Below, piece by piece: positions 30,806 through 34,193 of a stretch of 34,193 nucleotides of DNA (position 1 is its first letter; every line of letters starts with the position of its first letter). The position numbers were made by a program, and so were the translations under genes. The notes below the pieces were generated by a model. That model ran no database searches. It was not told the origin of the DNA and saw nothing but the letters and a program-made list of their open reading frames with translations. This DNA comes from a virus (lineage: Duplodnaviria > Caudoviricetes): the IMG/VR virus record IMGVR_UViG_3300022863_000005, positions 1-34,193 of that record, one strand, 5' to 3'.

Positions 30806-32422
30806 TCAGAACCCGATGCATTTGTAAGTAAGCGTGTCTGCGGTTCCAGTGTTAACGCCTGCCAACGTGAATGTCGCGCTTGTCGTTGCAAGCGCTGTCT
30901 GGTTGAAAACCGCCGTTGGGGTTGTAAGGTCTTTCAGGTCGCAGTTATAGCCATTCGGAACTGCTGTAAAGCCAGCGAGAATGACCGTCTGACCGACTGT
31001 ACATGCTGTAGTGTTAACGGTGAATTTACCGGCCATTGAACCGCCAGTGGCCGCATTAAGCGTGGTGCATGTGCCAGTATTAACGGTCGGCACCGTGCCA
31101 GAGGCGTACATGAAGCCAGATAACTGAAGGCCAGAGATAATAAAACGGCTGGACCCGGCATAAGGAACAAATGCGACAGGCGATCCAACACTGTTGGTGA
31201 GAGTAATGTTGTTATTTGATCCCTGCCCGCCGAGCACTAAACCGTTTGTGGCGGACGTATATACTGCGCCCTGCCCGTTGACCCCGAATGTAGGCGCCGA
31301 AACCAAGCCGCCGATGCCGAGTACACCCGCGTTCGTCCCCGGAGCCCATGTCGTCGTTCCGCCAAGGATCGTTGTGGTGTTGGCCGGTGGAGAGGCGAGG
31401 CCCGCGCCGGAAAAGGCGGTTGTGGATGAATGGCCGATAGCGCCGGTGAAGGTCTGCGCTGCGCCGAGGGTTGCAAACGTATCGGTGCCCGTTCCGGTCG
31501 CGGCAGGCGTTTTATAGGTCCACGTTCCTGTGCTGGTACCTGATTGGATCGTGTCGTAGCCGGTCGAGGAGCCCTCAAGATAGAGGGTTTGTACGGAGGC
31601 AGATGCCCACCAAGAGGCCGACGAAGCAAGACCAAGATTGCCCGTGTTGGTCGTCAATGGGACAAAATTATTGACCGCGCTAATTTTGTAAAACGCAGTT
31701 CCGTTGCCACCAAGATTTAGCTGCTGCCCAACGCCAGCCAAAATGCCAAACGCCGAGGAATTGGCTCCGGTGAGCGTATTGCTCGACGCCGAGATGCCGG
31801 TATCAAGCAGTGATGCGCCTGAGGTCGAGTTCCACGCCGGGAGGTTGCCCGAAACGGTTGTTCCAGGCCCGGTTACGCCGCCGCCAGCGCCGCACGCCGC
31901 GCCCGCATCCTGAATGCCGCTGGCGGACCATTTAAGGCAGTCGCCAGCCGTCATGGAGCCATTGACGCCGGTCAGGCCCCCCGATGCGTTGAGCGCCGCA
32001 GCCAGCGCGGACGAAACGCCTGCCCCGAGCGCCGACGTTTGCAGCGCGCCGGAAATGCGCGCGTCCGAATAGAGCGCGAAGCCGCCCGCAGCCCCCGCCG
32101 CGTTCCCGAGCGCCGCGAAAACGCCAGAGCCATAGGCGAACTGAGCCAGCGCATTCGACGCGACATAAAGCCCGTAGCCGTTCGTGCTGCCAGAAATCGC
32201 AACACCGATCGAAGGCGCGGCCAGCGCGGCGATGGCGCCCGTGGTCGTCTGGACCGTCGTCAGGACCGCCGCCACCGTCTTGTCGACGGGCACAAGCTCC
32301 GCGCCCGAAAGCGCGCCCGCCGCTGGCAACGTCGAGATGGAAACATTCGCCGCGTGCGCGGGCGCAAGCATCGTCGCAAGCGCGAGCGCCACGCAAATCG
32401 TTTTCATTTTCATGGATTTCAC
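30806..32422 (-). CDS. G/A/S/T-rich fibre-like protein with Sec-type signal peptide
   Basis: MKMKTICVALALATMLAPAHA-ANVSISTLPAAG; GDCLKW...GAAC and VTGPGTTVSGNLPAWN fibre-like motifs; 538 aa. Confidence 0.78.
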   Translation of the reverse strand: MKSMKMKTICVALALATMLAPAHAANVSISTLPAAGALSGAELVPVDKTVAAVLTTVQTTTGAIAALAAPSIGVAISGSTNGYGLYVASNALAQFAYGSGVFAALGNAAGAAGGFALYSDARISGALQTSALGAGVSSALAAALNASGGLTGVNGSMTAGDCLKWSASGIQDAGAACGAGGGVTGPGTTVSGNLPAWNSTSGASLLDTGISASSNTLTGANSSAFGILAGVGQQLNLGGNGTAFYKISAVNNFVPLTTNTGNLGLASSASWWASASVQTLYLEGSSTGYDTIQSGTSTGTWTYKTPAATGTGTDTFATLGAAQTFTGAIGHSSTTAFSGAGLASPPANTTTILGGTTTWAPGTNAGVLGIGGLVSAPTFGVNGQGAVYTSATNGLVLGGQGSNNNITLTNSVGSPVAFVPYAGSSRFIISGLQLSGFMYASGTVPTVNTGTCTTLNAATGGSMAGKFTVNTTACTVGQTVILAGFTAVPNGYNCDLKDLTTPTAVFNQTALATTSATFTLAGVNTGTADTLTYKCIGF

Positions 32423-32841
32423 CCGAGCCTGATAGGGTTGCCGGCTTCGTCGGTGATTATCGCGCCGCTTTCAGTCGCGAGATAATCGGCACCCGCCGTG
32501 AAAGGATCGCCCGAATCGCCATCGGCGTCGCGTTCCGTCGCGAAAATCGTCATGAACTGGCGCTGTCCGTCTTCGTTCTCGACGCCGTTGACGTCGAAGC
32601 GGCGCCCGCGCCAGAAGATGCGATGATTGGTCCCGATGTCCGAGCGCCAGCGCGTGACAAATTCAAAGGTGCGCATGCCTTCCGGGCGCCCTGCAACCCA
32701 TGCCTCGCGCGCGGCCTTGCGCGTCGGCGCCGCCCAAACGGTCGCAACCGCCGTCCATGTCGTGACGATATTGCCGGCGCCGTCCACGGCCTGCGATTGC
32801 AGATCGAAGCGGACGCGCTCGCGAAGGTTCGGGGCGCTCAC
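32419..32841 (-). CDS. Head closure (head-tail joining) protein with acidic C-terminal extension
   Basis: LRERVRF...DGAGN...TVWAA...RIFWRGRRFDV. Confidence 0.85.
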   Translation of the reverse strand: MSAPNLRERVRFDLQSQAVDGAGNIVTTWTAVATVWAAPTRKAAREAWVAGRPEGMRTFEFVTRWRSDIGTNHRIFWRGRRFDVNGVENEDGQRQFMTIFATERDADGDSGDPFTAGADYLATESGAIITDEAGNPIRLG

Positions 32842-33515
32842 GCCAGCCTCATGTTGCGCCAGGAGCCGAGCACGTCCTCGAGCAGGTGCGGCGTCGGAAT
32901 GGCGCGGCCTTGGTTGAGCAAGTCGCGGCTGTCATACCAGTGCTTGACCAGGATCTTCATCGCGAAAACCAGATCGTCCGGCACTCCCGAATAAGGCGAT
33001 GCGTCGAAGCCCGCCGTGAACGTAATTTCGATCCCGCTGGACGGCGCCATGATGACGATAGGCCAGACGGCGCCCAATTTGCGGATGATGCGCCCGCGAT
33101 AGTCGCTCTGTTCGGTCTGGTAGATCGATGGATCGACGGTCGTCATGGTTCCGTAGGCGTCGCGAAGCTGGAAATTCGTCACGGCCTGAAACGGGCGCTT
33201 GGGGATTTCCAGCACGGCAGTTTGCGCAAGCAGCGTCGTGATCGGCCCATCGCGCACGCCATCCCACCATGGCGTGGCGAGGCCGTTTTGCTCATTGCCC
33301 GGCCAGCGATCGAAAACCGCCGTCCATGTCTGCGTCATCAACGCAAGGCCGGTCTCTTTTTCGACGCGGCGGCGCGCGGCCTTGATGAGCTGCGTGACCG
33401 CCGCGCTTTCGCTCGTGTCGTCGATGCGCGCATAGGCCAGCGCATCCGAGACGCTCAGCGGTTCGCTGGCGGCGTCGGTTACGAGGCGAAGGCGCGCAAT
33501 CGAGGACTTGTGCAT
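32838..33515 (-). CDS. Head-tail connector protein (gp6 / phiE125 gp8-like)
   Basis: EPLSVSDALAYARID...LIKAARRRVE...ALMTQTW...FTAGF...VPDDL...LVKHWYDSR. Confidence 0.88.
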   Translation of the reverse strand: MHKSSIARLRLVTDAASEPLSVSDALAYARIDDTSESAAVTQLIKAARRRVEKETGLALMTQTWTAVFDRWPGNEQNGLATPWWDGVRDGPITTLLAQTAVLEIPKRPFQAVTNFQLRDAYGTMTTVDPSIYQTEQSDYRGRIIRKLGAVWPIVIMAPSSGIEITFTAGFDASPYSGVPDDLVFAMKILVKHWYDSRDLLNQGRAIPTPHLLEDVLGSWRNMRLA

Positions 33516-33517
33516 GG

Positions 33518-33802
33518 TCAGGCCACGGCGGTCGGCGCGGCGGGATTGGCCGGCGCGGGTTCGGCGGGCGCGGGCGCCACGCCCTCAGCCGCGACGATTT
33601 GCGCGGTCGCGGATTCGAGATAGTCCGCCACGCCGTTCAACAGCGCATCATAGGACGCCTGCAAAGCGACGAGATCGGCCTTCGCCTGCGCCAGTTCGGC
33701 GGCGAGATCGACGGCCGGCGCGGCGCGATGGTTCAAGAGCGCCTGCAAGGCGTCGTGGTTCGCCGCAGCGGCGGCGTCATAGCGTTCTTTGGGAGTGGTC
33801 AT
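33518..33802 (-). CDS. Hypothetical helical protein (MTTPKERY..., 94 aa)
   Basis: Start re-chosen at ATG 33802; coiled coil plus P/A tail. Confidence 0.65.
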   Translation of the reverse strand: MTTPKERYDAAAAANHDALQALLNHRAAPAVDLAAELAQAKADLVALQASYDALLNGVADYLESATAQIVAAEGVAPAPAEPAPANPAAPTAVA

Positions 33803-33815
33803 GATCGGAGACCTT

Positions 33816-34118
33816 TCAGAGTTTCGGGGGAGCCTTGACCGCCTTGAGAGCGGCCTGTTCGGAGGCGGCCTGCAACGTCGCGGCTTCGGCGATGTCAGCC
33901 GCCTTTTGAGCGGCGGCGGCGAGCGCCGCATCCTCGGCTTTCGCGTCGGCTTTGTCGTTTCCCGTCACCTCAATGGCGGAAAGCGTGAGCGGATGCGTCA
34001 GATCGTCCGCAACGGCGTCGGGCACGTTCTCGCGCACTTCGCCCTTAAGCCATTTTTCGACCGTGAATCCGTCGGCGGCAACAAAGCGGTCTTCAAGCAA
34101 TTTGATCGTTTTCGGCAT
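33816..34118 (-). CDS. Hypothetical protein in the post-capsid position
   Basis: AAAGGG RBS, 100 aa, Ala-rich tail. Confidence 0.72.
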   Translation of the reverse strand: MPKTIKLLEDRFVAADGFTVEKWLKGEVRENVPDAVADDLTHPLTLSAIEVTGNDKADAKAEDAALAAAAQKAADIAEAATLQAASEQAALKAVKAPPKL

Positions 34119-34140
34119 TTGATGCCCTTTCGGAACGGGG

Positions 34141-34169
34141 GAAAGCGGCGCGAGACAATGCCCGCGCCG
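34141..34169 (-). terminator. Hairpin after the upstream (probable capsid) gene
   Basis: CGGCGCG-N10-CGCGCCG followed by CTTTC on the minus strand. Confidence 0.45.
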
Positions 34170-34175
34170 TCAAGA

Positions 34176-34193
34176 TCAGCCGGCGGGAAGCTG
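34176..34193 (-). CDS. Last codons (QLPAG*) of an upstream gene, probably the major capsid protein
   Basis: Only 5 codons plus stop are visible; identity inferred from gene order. Confidence 0.3.
   Translation of the reverse strand, partial: QLPAG

Larger units (their letters stand above)
1..34193. mobile_element. Temperate siphovirus-like phage genome segment, apparently unintegrated (attP form)
   Basis: Continuous phage modules (replication, cro/cI switch, xis/int, lysis, tail, neck). No host housekeeping genes seen. The att core has phage genes on both sides. Confidence 0.93.

Overview
The whole window reads as one temperate, long-tailed (siphovirus-like) phage genome. Its tail, holin and regulatory gene families suggest an alphaproteobacterial host (inference). 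Left to right: (1) a minus-strand replication/recombination operon (primase-polymerase/helicase fusion running off the left edge, SF2 helicase, amino-methyltransferase, SNF2-like helicase, Cas4-like exonuclease, SSB-like protein, Sak4-like ATPase, RusA); (2) a cro/cI switch with ATGC-N7-GCAT operators; (3) a plus-strand early operon ending in a C5 methyltransferase, xis and int; (4) an attP site (3' half of tRNA-Thr(GGT) plus an IHF site) with phage genes on both sides, so the genome appears unintegrated; (5) minus-strand lysis, tail and head-tail connector genes. The most unusual signals are: an unannotated 26-aa peptide gene plus UUCG hairpin present twice (start of the early operon, and start of an antisense cassette inside the tail genes) with purely synonymous divergence over codons 3-25; a C5 methyltransferase split over two fully nested reading frames; two signal-peptide-bearing proteins, one fibre-like, inside the neck module; and an RNA with competing helices over the sak4 ribosome-binding site. 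All product calls come from motif recognition by eye, with no database searches, and several start codons were re-chosen from the ORF track using RBS and stop/start overlaps.
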